Below are positions 1-10,644 of a stretch of DNA of 64,000 nt, piece after piece. The position numbers and the translations under genes are program-made. Position 1 is the first letter of the stretch, and the number at the start of each line of letters is the position of its first letter. Origin of the DNA: Sedimentisphaerales bacterium (GTDB lineage Bacteria; Planctomycetota; Phycisphaerae; Sedimentisphaerales; Anaerobacaceae); the NCBI GenBank assembly GCA_963708075.1, contig OY970194.1:2688001-2752000 (forward strand), written 5' to 3'. The notes beneath the pieces are model-generated. The model did not search any database. It was not told the DNA's origin and saw only the letters and a program-made list of their open reading frames with translations.

Positions 1-2
1 TG

Positions 3-347
3 GCGGCGATCCAGAGACCGGAAGCTATCCGTGCCATCGTCAGCCGGGGCGGGAGACCCGATCTCGCGTTCAATGTCCTGCCGGAGGTCAAGCCTCCTGT
101 CCAGTTCCTCGTCGGCGCTAAGGACCAAATTGTCCTGGAGATCAACAAGGAAGCCGCCAAGAGACTGACGACGGAACACAACCTCGTCATTGTTCCCGGG
201 GCCTCCCACTTCTTCGAAGAGCCCGGCAAACTCGATATGGTGGCCCGACGTACCGAACGATGGTTCGCCCGATATATGAGAACACCCGACCATCCCCTGG
301 AAGCCAGCGACAAACACAATCACGTCGAATCCTGCTCGTTCCTCTGA
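3..347 (+). CDS. C-terminal part of an alpha/beta hydrolase (dienelactone hydrolase-like); 5' end lies outside the window
   Basis: Manual translation from nt 3 gives ...AIVSRGGRPDLA...LVGAKD...VPGASHFFEEPGKL..., with TGA at 345-347. SRGGRPDL and GASHxFEEPG are typical motifs of this family. Confidence 0.8.
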   Translation, partial: AAIQRPEAIRAIVSRGGRPDLAFNVLPEVKPPVQFLVGAKDQIVLEINKEAAKRLTTEHNLVIVPGASHFFEEPGKLDMVARRTERWFARYMRTPDHPLEASDKHNHVESCSFL

Positions 348-574
348 GCATGACCGGATGGCGCAGGGTCGCCTTCGCCTGCCTGCGACACTCATTGCAG
401 GAAGCGTGTTTTCCCATGAGCAAGTCCCACTTGGGGTTACAATCCGCCCGATGGGTCCAGGGGTCTTGTGCTGGAGCGGTGCTTTGGTTATGCTGACTCC
501 AGAGTCACAGGAAGAATCTGACTGGCAAAGCAATCCCTCGCCCGGGCGAGGGCGCGTCTGGAGAGGTGTAACTT

Positions 575-1624
575 ATGAGTCCGGCTTTCATCACGTTCGC
601 GGCGATGCTGAGTTTCGCCGCCACCCAGGATCCCGCTGCGTCCAATCCCGAGGGATCGACCACGGCGCCGGTGTCGACGCCGATGCCGCGCGAGGCTCTG
701 AACCTGAAGGAGATCCCGTTCAAGATCGTCTATGAGACGTACCGCAAGACCGACGGGAAGGAGAACTGGGAGCTCTGCATGATGAACGCGGACGGCTCCG
801 AGGCCCAAAACATCACGAACACGCCGGGGATCGACGAGATGTACCCGCACGTCTCGCCCGACGGCACGAAGATCTGCTTTTCCGCCGACGAGATGGACGA
901 GAAGGACAAGGTCCGCAACGTCTACTACATGAATCTCGATGGCAGTGACCGCGTCCGCGTGGCGACGAACGGGCGGGAGCCCTGCTGGTGCATCGACAGC
1001 AAGAGCATCGCGTACCTCAAGGGCGAGTACACCCGCTATACGACCCGCGAGTATGCCACGGCGGAACTGATGTATTACCACCTCGAAGGGGACTGGCACA
1101 CCCCTCATCGCAACAAGGAATTGCAGCATCTGTACGCGATCTGCTGGTCGCCGGACAGTAAATGGTTCCTGGCCGCCATCCACGGCGGGATGGGCTACAG
1201 TGACACAATCATCGCCTTCGACGCCTATGGCACAAGGACCTTCGATCTGGCAAAATGGGGAGTCAAGGGGTGCAGGCCGGACCTCAACTCCGACGGCACC
1301 CGGATGGTCTGGGGCGAGACGGACTGGAATCTGCGCACCGGGGACATCGACCTGCGATCCGCCGAGCCCAAGGTCACCAACATCCGGGATATCCTCCGGG
1401 TCGCCCGGAGCTCCAAAGTCTATCACGTCGATATCTCCCCGGACAGCAGGTATATCACGTTCAGCTATGGCCCCTTCAGCGGCGGCCAGCAGGTCGGGGG
1501 GATGGCCGAGGGCTGGAATATCTGCGTGGGTGACCTGAACGGCAATTGGGTGCAGATCACCACGGACGGTAATCACAACAAGGAGCCCGACTGGGTCCCG
1601 CCAAGAGCGAGTGCGGTGCGCTGA
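575..1624 (+). CDS. Secreted TolB-like beta-propeller (PD40 repeats), paralog 1
   Basis: Signal-peptide-like N-terminus; repeats YPHVSPDGTKICF, WSPDSKW, DISPDSRYITF, EPDW. Confidence 0.85.
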   Translation: MSPAFITFAAMLSFAATQDPAASNPEGSTTAPVSTPMPREALNLKEIPFKIVYETYRKTDGKENWELCMMNADGSEAQNITNTPGIDEMYPHVSPDGTKICFSADEMDEKDKVRNVYYMNLDGSDRVRVATNGREPCWCIDSKSIAYLKGEYTRYTTREYATAELMYYHLEGDWHTPHRNKELQHLYAICWSPDSKWFLAAIHGGMGYSDTIIAFDAYGTRTFDLAKWGVKGCRPDLNSDGTRMVWGETDWNLRTGDIDLRSAEPKVTNIRDILRVARSSKVYHVDISPDSRYITFSYGPFSGGQQVGGMAEGWNICVGDLNGNWVQITTDGNHNKEPDWVPPRASAVR

Positions 1625-1786
1625 GCAGAGGCCGGCACATTGTGCAGAGTCCATGCGATGATCCGCGTGCTCCAGTTGCGATGTTTCGGCCTTGACGCTG
1701 CAACCGGGCGCGGGGACAATGCAGGACAGATAAGAAGTCGTCTCGGTGTATGAGCCTGCGTCAGTGGGTAGATAAGGAGATGGAGC

Positions 1787-2824
1787 ATGGCGAAGCGATT
1801 CCGCATTATGCGACAGCAATTACGTGTCGTTCTCTCTCTATCATTCCTCTTATGGGCCGCGGGAAGCAATGCCTTTGGGCAGGAAAGCCTCAAGCCAGGG
1901 ACGGATATAGACACGAAGAGCATTCCATTCAAAATCGTCTATGAGTCTCTCCGGGAGGCCAACGGCACGAAGAACTGGGAGCTCATCATGATCGATGCCG
2001 ATGGCTCCAACCCGGTCAATCTCACGAAGACCCCCAACGTCAGTGAGATTTACCCGCATGCCTCGCCCGATGGGACCAAGGTCTGTTTCGAGGGCGAGGA
2101 AGGCACGGGCAGGGAAAAAGTCCGAAGCGTCTATTGCATGAACATGGACGGGACCGACCGCGTAAAGGTCGCTCACAACGCCCGCCAGGCATGCTGGAGC
2201 CCGGACGGCCGGACCATCGCGTTCCTCAAGGCGGAATTCGATCGCTACACGATCCAGGACTACGCCACGAAGGGCGTCTACTTCTACGACCTCAAGAACG
2301 GTAAGACCACGGAGCACCCCAATTGTGCGAAGCTCTATCACCTGTACAACCTTTGCTGGTCGCCGGACGGCAAGTGGTTCGCCGCGACCGTGCACGGCGG
2401 CATGGGCTTCGATCATGCGGATCTCGCCTTCCCGGCCGACGGGAATGATATCTTCGATCTCACGCCGTTCCACGTCACCGGGTGTCGCCCGGATTTCAGC
2501 TTCGACGGCAAGATGATCTCGTGGGGAGCGACGGACTGGGACCTGTGCGTCGCCTCAATCGATTGCAGTTCCGGCAAGCCGCAGGTGACCAACGTGCGGA
2601 CCATCGTCAAGTGTGACAAAGAACACGAAGTGTACCATAGCGATGTCTCGCCGGACGACCGCTACATCGCGTTCAGTTATGGGCCCGAAGCCAATGAGAT
2701 GGGCGCCGGCGAGGCGCCGGGCTGGAATATCTGCATCGGCGACCTGACGGGTAAATGGGTGCAGGTCACCACCGACGGACATCACAACAAGGAGCCCGAC
2801 TGGGTACCGATTGCCAAGCAATGA
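1787..2824 (+). CDS. Secreted TolB-like beta-propeller (PD40 repeats), paralog 2
   Basis: AAGGAG upstream of the ATG; signal peptide; colinear with 575..1624 (IPFKIVYE...NWEL...HNKEPDWVP). Confidence 0.85.
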   Translation: MAKRFRIMRQQLRVVLSLSFLLWAAGSNAFGQESLKPGTDIDTKSIPFKIVYESLREANGTKNWELIMIDADGSNPVNLTKTPNVSEIYPHASPDGTKVCFEGEEGTGREKVRSVYCMNMDGTDRVKVAHNARQACWSPDGRTIAFLKAEFDRYTIQDYATKGVYFYDLKNGKTTEHPNCAKLYHLYNLCWSPDGKWFAATVHGGMGFDHADLAFPADGNDIFDLTPFHVTGCRPDFSFDGKMISWGATDWDLCVASIDCSSGKPQVTNVRTIVKCDKEHEVYHSDVSPDDRYIAFSYGPEANEMGAGEAPGWNICIGDLTGKWVQVTTDGHHNKEPDWVPIAKQ

Positions 2825-2853
2825 CGCCGAGCCGATTGGAGAACTGACAGCCG

Positions 2854-4686
2854 ATGAACATGAATACTCTCTTCTTGAGGACCGTGGGTTTCTGTCTGCT
2901 CGTGGCGATGGTCTTGCCGGGCTGCCGGCGGGACGAGCAGACAGTGCCGATGCCTGAAGTCGTGGTGACGAAGAGCGGCATCGAGATGGTTGTCATTCCC
3001 GGCGGGTCATTCGAGATGGGCAGCAAGAGCACATCGCCTGACGAAATGCCAGTGCACAAGGTGTCGATCAGTCCCTTCTGGATGGATCGTTACGAGGTGG
3101 TTCAGGAGGAATTCCGGAAGTACCAGCTTCCCGACCCGTCGCATTTCAAGGGGGCGAAGCAGCCGCTGGAGCAAATCAACTGGACCGACGCGGCCCTCTA
3201 CTGTAACGATCGCTCGCGCGCCGAGGGTCTTGAGCCATGCTACGACGAGAAGACGTGGGAGTGCAACTTCGCCGCGAGCGGGTACCGATTGCCCACGGAG
3301 GCCGAATGGGAATACGCCTGCCGGGCGGGCAACAGCACACAGTACAGCTTTGGCAACGGCCCAGGGGCATTGAAGGACTATGCCTGGTACACGCAGAATT
3401 CCACCGGGACCACGCATCCGGTCGGGCAGAAGAAGCCGAATGCCTGGGGTTTGTACGACATGCACGGGAACGTCGCCGAGTGGTGCAATGACCGCTACTC
3501 AGAGACCTATTATCAGCAGAGCCCCGGCAGCGATCCCCGAGGCCCCACCGAAGGAAAGGAACGGGCCCTCCGTGGCGGAGCGTGGAATTCCAGCGCCGAG
3601 AGCTGCAGATCCGCGTATCGCGCCAGCGATCCTTCAATCGACGACACGTGTCTGGCCAATGACGCCATCGGGTTTCGTTGCGTGAGGAATGCACCCGCCG
3701 GGCAGCGCGAGGCAGATGGAGGTGGAGCCATGGAATCTCAGCCGAAATCACAGACGGGATTTGTGTACCACGACATCTACATGCAGCACAAGACCACGCC
3801 GGGCCATCCGGAGACGCCGCGACGACTTACGGCGATCGTGGAGAAGCTCAAGGTTAGCGGGCTGCATGCCCAGTTGAAGCACCTCACCCCGGAGGCGGCG
3901 CCGTTGAACTGGATTCAAACCATTCACGCGCCCGCCTACGTGGAGCGAGCCAGGAGCAGTTGTGCAGAGGGTGATGAGTACCTGGATTCGCCCGATGTCC
4001 CGATCTCCACGAAATCCTATGACGTGGCGGTGATGGCTGTTGGCGGCGTGCTTTGTGCCGTGGACGCGGTCATGCGAGGCGAGGTCCGCAATGCCTTTTG
4101 CGCGGTTCGCCCGCCGGGCCATCATGCGATGCGCGACATGGCGATGGGCTTTTGCATCTTCAACAATGTGGCTATCGGCACGAGATACGTCCAGCAGAAG
4201 TACGGCCTGTCCAAGGTGCTCATCGTGGACTGGGACGTCCATCACGGCAACGGCACGCAAGCCGCCTTCTATGAAGACCCGAGCGTGCTGTACTTCAGCG
4301 TGCACCAGTACCCCTTCTATCCCGGCACGGGCAACGAAGCCGAGAAGGGCCGGGGCAAGGGCCTGAACCACACAATCAACGTGCCGCTTTCCGCAGGGTC
4401 GGGCGACAGGGAGTTCATCGATGCGTTCGAGCAGCGGCTGCGTCCGGCGGCTATCTCCTTTTCCCCTGATTTCGTCTTTATCTCCGCGGGCTTCGATGCC
4501 CACGAGAACGATACGCTTGGCGGCATGAGGGTCACCACGGAGGGGTACGGCAAACTCAGCGGAATCGTCAAGGGGATCGCCGAGCAGTGCTGCAGGGGCC
4601 GCCTGGTTTCCGTGCTGGAAGGAGGCTATGGTCTGGATGGACTGGCCGCGTCAGTGGAGGCGCACGTCCGCGTTCTGATGGACTGA
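2854..4686 (+). CDS. Lipoprotein fusion: formylglycine-generating-enzyme (FGE/SUMF1)-like domain plus Zn-dependent histone deacetylase-family domain
   Basis: Lipobox-like LPGC. FGE motifs RLPTEAEWEYACRAG, NAWGLYDMHGNVAEWC, RGGAW, GFRCV. HDAC motifs HPE, RPPGHHA, DWDVHHGNGTQ, SAGFDAH, LEGGY. Confidence 0.9.
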   Translation: MNMNTLFLRTVGFCLLVAMVLPGCRRDEQTVPMPEVVVTKSGIEMVVIPGGSFEMGSKSTSPDEMPVHKVSISPFWMDRYEVVQEEFRKYQLPDPSHFKGAKQPLEQINWTDAALYCNDRSRAEGLEPCYDEKTWECNFAASGYRLPTEAEWEYACRAGNSTQYSFGNGPGALKDYAWYTQNSTGTTHPVGQKKPNAWGLYDMHGNVAEWCNDRYSETYYQQSPGSDPRGPTEGKERALRGGAWNSSAESCRSAYRASDPSIDDTCLANDAIGFRCVRNAPAGQREADGGGAMESQPKSQTGFVYHDIYMQHKTTPGHPETPRRLTAIVEKLKVSGLHAQLKHLTPEAAPLNWIQTIHAPAYVERARSSCAEGDEYLDSPDVPISTKSYDVAVMAVGGVLCAVDAVMRGEVRNAFCAVRPPGHHAMRDMAMGFCIFNNVAIGTRYVQQKYGLSKVLIVDWDVHHGNGTQAAFYEDPSVLYFSVHQYPFYPGTGNEAEKGRGKGLNHTINVPLSAGSGDREFIDAFEQRLRPAAISFSPDFVFISAGFDAHENDTLGGMRVTTEGYGKLSGIVKGIAEQCCRGRLVSVLEGGYGLDGLAASVEAHVRVLMD

Positions 4687-4695
4687 AACAGCCGA

Positions 4696-6072
4696 ATGTT
4701 ATTCCAGACTCTGCCATTCCTCGTATTCTTCGCCGTCGTCTATCCGATCTACCTGCTCGTCAAAGGGACACGCCTGCGACTCCCGTGGATGCTGGTGATT
4801 TCCTATGCCTTCTATGCATGGCTCGGCTGGGCCTATCTGATTCCGCTGGCCTACGTGACCATCGTGGACCACCTCGTGACCGGCCGAATGGTCAAGAGCC
4901 GCCGGCCGCGAGCATGGCTGGCCCTGAGTATCGCCAATGACCTGGGCGTGCTCGTCTTCTTTAAGTACGCCGGCTTCATCACGGACAATATCAACTTCCT
5001 GCTGCAATCGCTGAGAATCTCCTACGTCATTCCACCGGTGGATTTCCTATTGCCCGCAGGCCTGTCCTTCTATCTCCTGCAATCCATCGGCTACACAATC
5101 GATGTCTATCGCGGCCACACGCAGCGAGAGAACAACTTCCTGGCATATGCGACGTTCGTATCGTTCTTCCCGCGCCTGCTGGCGGGGCCGATTGAGCGCG
5201 CGAATCACCTTCTGCCGCAGTTGCATGGCAATTCTCACGTGACGTTGCGAGACTTCACGGATGGCTTATCGATTTTCGTCGTGGGGTACTTCAAAAAGGT
5301 CGCGCTGGCCGATTATCTGTCGCTATATGTCGCCACAGTGTACGGTGCGCCGGGACAATTCCAGGCCCCCGCCCTGCTTTTGGCGACGTTCCTGTTCGCC
5401 TGGCAGATTTACTTCGACTTCAGCGGTTACACGGACATGGCGCGGGGTATAGCGAGGATGATGGGCATCCGGCTGATGCGAAACTTCGACCACCCGTACC
5501 TGGCGATGAGTATGGGTGACTTCTGGAAGCGCTGGCACATCAGCTTGTCCTCCTGGTTTCGCGACTACGTCTATATCCCTCTCGGCGGCAATCGCAAGGG
5601 CAAATTCGCCACGTATAGAAACGTCTTCATCGCCATGGTGCTCTCGGGACTGTGGCACGGAGCGGCATGGACCTTTGTCCTGTGGGGTGTCATTCACGCT
5701 CTTGGCAACTTCGCGACGCGGGAGTTGGAACGAACGGATTTCTACGTGCACAAGTTGCCGAGAATCGTCAAGCAACTGTTCGTGTTCGCGCTAGTGACAT
5801 TCGCGTGGATTTTCTTCCGGGCCCACAGCATCGGCGACGCATGGACGATCATCGGGAGGGTATTCGCCTCCGGTTCCGCAAATCCCGCTGTCCCTCTCTG
5901 GTCGCTGGCGTTGATCGCCGCGGTATGGTGCTATCAATGGCTCATCGAATCCCGCCTTCGCTGGCTCCTCGAACTCGCGGTCGTGCGCGTGTTGCTGGTG
6001 CTTTCTATGCTGGCCTATATGATCCTGACCGTGCCCGCGGAAGGACAGCCGTTTATCTACATGCAGTTCTGA
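4696..6072 (+). CDS. MBOAT family O-acyltransferase (AlgI/DltB-like)
   Basis: Polytopic membrane protein with QIYFDFSGYTDMA, FWKRWHISLSSWFRDYVYIPLGG, GLWHGA and a C-terminal FIYxQF. Confidence 0.93.
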   Translation: MLFQTLPFLVFFAVVYPIYLLVKGTRLRLPWMLVISYAFYAWLGWAYLIPLAYVTIVDHLVTGRMVKSRRPRAWLALSIANDLGVLVFFKYAGFITDNINFLLQSLRISYVIPPVDFLLPAGLSFYLLQSIGYTIDVYRGHTQRENNFLAYATFVSFFPRLLAGPIERANHLLPQLHGNSHVTLRDFTDGLSIFVVGYFKKVALADYLSLYVATVYGAPGQFQAPALLLATFLFAWQIYFDFSGYTDMARGIARMMGIRLMRNFDHPYLAMSMGDFWKRWHISLSSWFRDYVYIPLGGNRKGKFATYRNVFIAMVLSGLWHGAAWTFVLWGVIHALGNFATRELERTDFYVHKLPRIVKQLFVFALVTFAWIFFRAHSIGDAWTIIGRVFASGSANPAVPLWSLALIAAVWCYQWLIESRLRWLLELAVVRVLLVLSMLAYMILTVPAEGQPFIYMQF

Positions 6073-6083
6073 GCGTGATACGA

Positions 6084-7202
6084 ATGAAAGAGAAGACAAA
6101 CCAATTGAGCCCACCAGACATGGACGAGATAGCAGCGTTCGACTGCTCACATTACGTGCGCCTGTCCGGGCGCCAGTGGCTCATTGTGACGGTCGCTCTG
6201 CTAGCGTTGATCGGGTTGGGGCCGCGCATATGGGAACGCATCGAGGGATTCAATCCCGGCGGCGACTATCGTGTCCCTTATGAACTGAGCAATGATTACT
6301 GGCTGTACAATCGTCACTGCAACCATATGTGTGAGCAGGGCAAGATTCTGGTCATCGGGGACTCAGTCGTCTGGGGGCATTACGTCGAGCCCGATCGGAC
6401 GCTTTCGCACTACCTGAACGAGCTCTCAGGGGGCGACAAGTTCGCTAATCTCGGAGCGGATGGCACGCATCCGGCGGCCTTGCAGGGACTGCTCAGGTAT
6501 TACGGCGCCGACATCCACGGGCGGACCGTCCTTCTGCACCTGAATCCGCTGTGGATGAGCTCCGCCAAGCACGATCTGCAAACGACAAAGGAGTTCCGCT
6601 TCAACCATGCGGAGCTGGTTCCGCAGTTCACTCCGAGGATCCCGTGCTACAAGGCTCCGCTATCCGCGAGGATTCGCATTGCCATGCGGCGGGAAATCCC
6701 ATTCGCCAACTGGGTCTCGCACATGCGAGCCGCCTATTTTCAGAACTTGGACCTGGCGGCGTGGACACTCGAGCATCCGTATGATTGTCCCATAGCCGCG
6801 ATGGGGCGGAAGCTTCCCGAGCCGCGAGCCCCGGAGAAGCCGCCGCAGGCATCGAAGGAACCGAGGACGCAGGATATGGCCTGGGTGGACCTTGAAGGCT
6901 CGCTGCAATGGCGATTCTTCAGGCAGGCGGTGCAATTGCTGCAGGAGCGAGGCAACAAGGTGTTTGTGCTTGTGGGGCCATTCAACGAGCATATGCTTAC
7001 GGACCAGAACAAGATCATTTACGGCAGGCTCAAAGACGGCATCGAGGCCTGGATGCAGGGGAACCATGTCCCTTATCTCATCCCCTCCGCCCTGCCGCCC
7101 GAGTTTTATATTGACGCCAGCCATCCTCCCGCCGAGGGATATGCGCTTCTGGCCAAAACATTGATGGAAAGTCCCTCATTCAAAGCCCTGATGCTGAAGT
7201 AG
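6084..7202 (+). CDS. Membrane-anchored SGNH/DltD-like protein, probable MBOAT partner
   Basis: Start placed at ATG 6084, just after the MBOAT stop. N-terminal TM helix, GDSVVWG (block I), DASHP (DxxH). Confidence 0.7.
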   Translation: MKEKTNQLSPPDMDEIAAFDCSHYVRLSGRQWLIVTVALLALIGLGPRIWERIEGFNPGGDYRVPYELSNDYWLYNRHCNHMCEQGKILVIGDSVVWGHYVEPDRTLSHYLNELSGGDKFANLGADGTHPAALQGLLRYYGADIHGRTVLLHLNPLWMSSAKHDLQTTKEFRFNHAELVPQFTPRIPCYKAPLSARIRIAMRREIPFANWVSHMRAAYFQNLDLAAWTLEHPYDCPIAAMGRKLPEPRAPEKPPQASKEPRTQDMAWVDLEGSLQWRFFRQAVQLLQERGNKVFVLVGPFNEHMLTDQNKIIYGRLKDGIEAWMQGNHVPYLIPSALPPEFYIDASHPPAEGYALLAKTLMESPSFKALMLK

Positions 7203-7211
7203 ATACGAGGC

Positions 7212-9252
7212 ATGACTCCCATGACGACACAACTGTCGAATCTCTGGCCCACTATTTTCGCAGTTTGTCTGGCAATCCAGCCCGTCTTAGCCACGAGCGA
7301 CGCGAGGCATCCGGTCCCCCGGGAGCATCCCCGACTGCTCGGCTCGCGCGATCACCTGCAGCAGTTGGCAAAGGACCGGGCCGAGGCGTACCGTCGCACG
7401 GCGGCAATCGCACGTGGACAAGGAGGCGACGATTATTCGAAGATGATCTCGATGTCTCTGGTCTGTGCCATCGAGCAGGACGCGGCACTCGGGAAAAGCG
7501 CGGTGGACATGGCGATGAAGTATGTCCGCGGTCCCATCAAGGTCGGGCACGTCCCATTCGCCCAGGACCTTGCAATCTGCGGGATCGTGTACGACCTGTG
7601 TCACGAGTACTGGACCCCGGAGCAGCGAGCGGAATTTCACCAGTATCTCAACAAGACGGTCGATGAAAACCGCCAGTCGGAGACGCACGTCTTCCACAAC
7701 GGCTGGTACGGCTATAAGCACTGGGGCATCGGGGTGGCGTGCTATGCGAGCTACTATGAGAACGAACGCTCCCCCGCCATTCTCAAGGACCTGGAGGAGG
7801 ACTGGCATGCACGGGCGGCCCCCGCCCTGAACCTCGCCGGCGCCGGCGGTGGCTGGGCGGAGGGCTACTACATCAACTACTGGCTCTATGAATGGCTGTT
7901 TTTCTGCGAGGTGGCCCGCACCTGCGAGGGCGTGGACTACTACGCGGATGCGATGCCCTTCTTTGCGAATCGCGCCGTCGCGTCGATGTTTGAAGCTTAC
8001 CCGGGGATCAGCACGTACAACTCTCGCAGGCCCATTCCCATGGGCGATGGCGGCGGGCGGGTCTTCGGCGGAGACCGGGACAAGGTCCTGTCCGCCCGGC
8101 GGATTCTGGTGAACTACTTCCGCGACGATCCCAACCACCAGGCCGTCCACACCTTCAACGAGACAACGTCCCGGTCGAGCGTGGGGACGTATGCCTACAA
8201 GGATTTCCTGTGGCACGATCCCACGGTGCCGAAAGGCGATCTCAAGAACTTCAGGCTGTCGCACATCAGTGGGGGGCCCGGGTACGTGTACGCCCGCAGC
8301 TCATGGGAGGAGGACGCCACGCATTTCTTCTTCAAGTGCGGCGACCGCTTCACGGCCCACCAGCATCTCGACAACGGCCATTTCCTCATCTACAAGCACG
8401 AAGAACTGGCCGGCGATGGCGGCCACTACGATTCCTTCGGCTCCATCCACGATGTGAATTATCACCTCCGCAGCATCGCCCACAGCACCATCCTTGTGTA
8501 CGATCCATGCGAGACCTGGCCACAGATACGCGCCGGACAGGTCTCCTGCAATGACGGGGGCCAATCACATTCCTGGCCGCATCACAATGGCGCGGTCCAG
8601 GACCCGGCGGAATGGGAAAAGGGACGGAAGCTCTATGATATTGCGGACATCGTAGCCTTCGAGGATCAAGGGGCCTACTTGTATGTGGCAGGCGACTGCA
8701 CGCGCGCGTATCGGCCTGATAAGCTCGCGTGCTTTACGCGCCAGATCGTATTCATCCGACCCGGCACGTTCGTTGTCTTTGATCGTGTAGTCTCAAAAGA
8801 CCGCGGATTCAAGAAGACATGGGTGCTGCAGGCTATGAAGCCTCCGATGCAGCAGGGTGAACACTGGGTAGTCACCAATGGAGAGGGGCGATTGTTCATC
8901 CAGACCCTGTTGCCCGCGAATCCGCAGGTCAGGCTTGTCAGTGGCTCGGAATTGTACAGTTGCGGCGGCAGAGCCTATCCGCCGGAACGAGACACGGGAC
9001 CAGCCCCCGAATGCCGCATCGAGGTTTCCGCCTTCCGATGCGGCAACCGCCGACTACTTCTTGCACGTCCTGACGGCCGCAGACTCCGCTACGGCCCCAG
9101 TGACAGCGGCAATCGTGGAGATAGACGGCAACCACGTCACCATCGGTTCAGGTCCGACGAGAGTCACCTTCCAAACGGACGAACTCGCAGGTGAAATTCT
9201 GATCAACGGATCACGCCGCGCACTTACCGACAAAGTAAGCAGCGCACCCTGA
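7212..9252 (+). CDS. Heparinase II/III-like polysaccharide lyase-fold protein; one apparent frameshift near 9030
   Basis: Signal peptide; HPRLL, EGYYxxY, HQHLDNGHF, HSTILV, FVVFDRV. The C-terminus (DYFLHVL...) continues in the frame of ORF 8878..9252. Confidence 0.78.
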
Positions 9253-9372
9253 GATGCTAAGGAAATGACGGCGGGCTCCCGAGCAGGCTGCTCTCCTGTC
9301 AGGGCTGATCTCTCATGAATGTCGAACGAATGCTACCGACTCGCGGATTCCCCTCGCACCGACGGCCCCTGC

Positions 9373-9576
9373 TTACTCGGGGACGACGTTGGTCGCGCAC
9401 GGTCCCTTACGACCCTGGCCGATCTCGAACTCCACTTTCTGCCCTTCGCGCAGCGTTGTTCGGCCTTCGGCCTTGATCTCGGAGTGGTGCACGAACAGGT
9501 CCTCTCCCCCGTCATCCGGAGTAATGAACCCGTAGCCCTTCTGATCGTTGAACCATTTGACTGTACCGGTACTCAC
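9373..9576 (-). CDS. cspA: Cold-shock protein (CspA family)
   Basis: [15 protein letters not shown] and LFVHHSEI; 67 aa. Candidate promoter TTGAAT-18-TAGAAT at 9710-9681 implies a long 5' UTR. Confidence 0.95.
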   Translation of the reverse strand: MSTGTVKWFNDQKGYGFITPDDGGEDLFVHHSEIKAEGRTTLREGQKVEFEIGQGRKGPCATNVVPE

Positions 9577-9810
9577 TGTTTGTGTCTCCTTAACTCACTC
9601 AATGAACTGTCTGTTGCTCTCACTGGCTATCTAACCAGAGCAGGCCGCACAGGTCAAGTAGAACGTCCTGCTATCGCAGTATTCTACAGGGCCACGTGGC
9701 GGGAATTCAACAGGAAATACTCAAGGAAAATCTCTCCCCGGGAAAGCCATGAATTCAGCCGGATTCAGGGCCGCCAACGATATACCCGCTGCCTGGTGCG
9801 GGAAAAGCCC

Positions 9811-10644
9811 TTATGGAGCCGCCGTTTGGGCGGAAGGCGGCGTTTGCGACGCAGTTTTTAGCTGCTCCCGCAGCTTTTTGACCTCCTCAGCCCGTTCCGC
9901 ACCGGGCCCCCACGGGTCAAAAGAGAGGTCCGTCTTATTCAGGGTGCGAACGATCTTCCAGGCGGCAATTCGAACGCCAAGGTACTCATGCTCCAGGGCA
10001 TCGAGCACCACCGGCAAGACACCGGGCCCCCCCTTAAGCAGGCTGTCGATGGCGTCCTGACGCACCTTAGGTTCTTTGTGGCCCAGGAGATCCGTCAACT
10101 GAGCGGGGCCCTGGGTCGTGGTCTGAGGCGCCTTCTGTCCCTCACCGTCTGGTCCCTCCACCGGCCGGCCGACCTGGGGAGCTTTCTTCGTACCGACAGT
10201 CGTATTCAGGTATGGCTGAATATCCGCCAGGAGTTGAAGGAACGCCTTGGTATCGCGATAACCCAGCCAGTCGCCGATAATCTCGTTCTGCGTGTTGAGG
10301 ACGATGATCCTCGGCATCGAGACGACTCCGTACACCATCGCAACATCACGGTTCTTATCCACGTCGAGCTTCACGCAGACGAATTTCCTTAGCTCCGAAA
10401 CGACCTTCGGCTCCACCAGTACCTCCCGTTCCAGTTTCTGGCACCACTGGCACCAGGAAGCCGTGAAGAACAACAGGACAGGTGATTTCTCCATCGCCGC
10501 CACCTTCGTGCTCACGTCGTAGGACTGCGACCATGCCACGCCGCTTTCCCGTTCGGCCGGAGGGGATTTCGCCTGCTCCTCGGCCGCCAGTTGCGCGGAC
10601 ATGATGAACAGGATGAATGCTGCGCAAACCTTAGTCTTTGCCAT
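9811..10644 (-). CDS. Secreted thioredoxin-like protein with C-terminal HEAT-like region
   Basis: Start at MAKTKV (10644), overlapping the upstream stop; signal peptide; FTASWCQWC (CxxC) and SMP cis-Pro loop. Confidence 0.85.
   Translation of the reverse strand: MAKTKVCAAFILFIMSAQLAAEEQAKSPPAERESGVAWSQSYDVSTKVAAMEKSPVLLFFTASWCQWCQKLEREVLVEPKVVSELRKFVCVKLDVDKNRDVAMVYGVVSMPRIIVLNTQNEIIGDWLGYRDTKAFLQLLADIQPYLNTTVGTKKAPQVGRPVEGPDGEGQKAPQTTTQGPAQLTDLLGHKEPKVRQDAIDSLLKGGPGVLPVVLDALEHEYLGVRIAAWKIVRTLNKTDLSFDPWGPGAERAEEVKKLREQLKTASQTPPSAQTAAP

Noticed and set aside
5652..6083. N-terminal extensions in the ORF track (also 15657-15764, 39692-39748, 42240-42374, 49679-49723)
   Set aside because: They overlap upstream genes or repeats; downstream ATGs fit RBS, coupling and family starts better.
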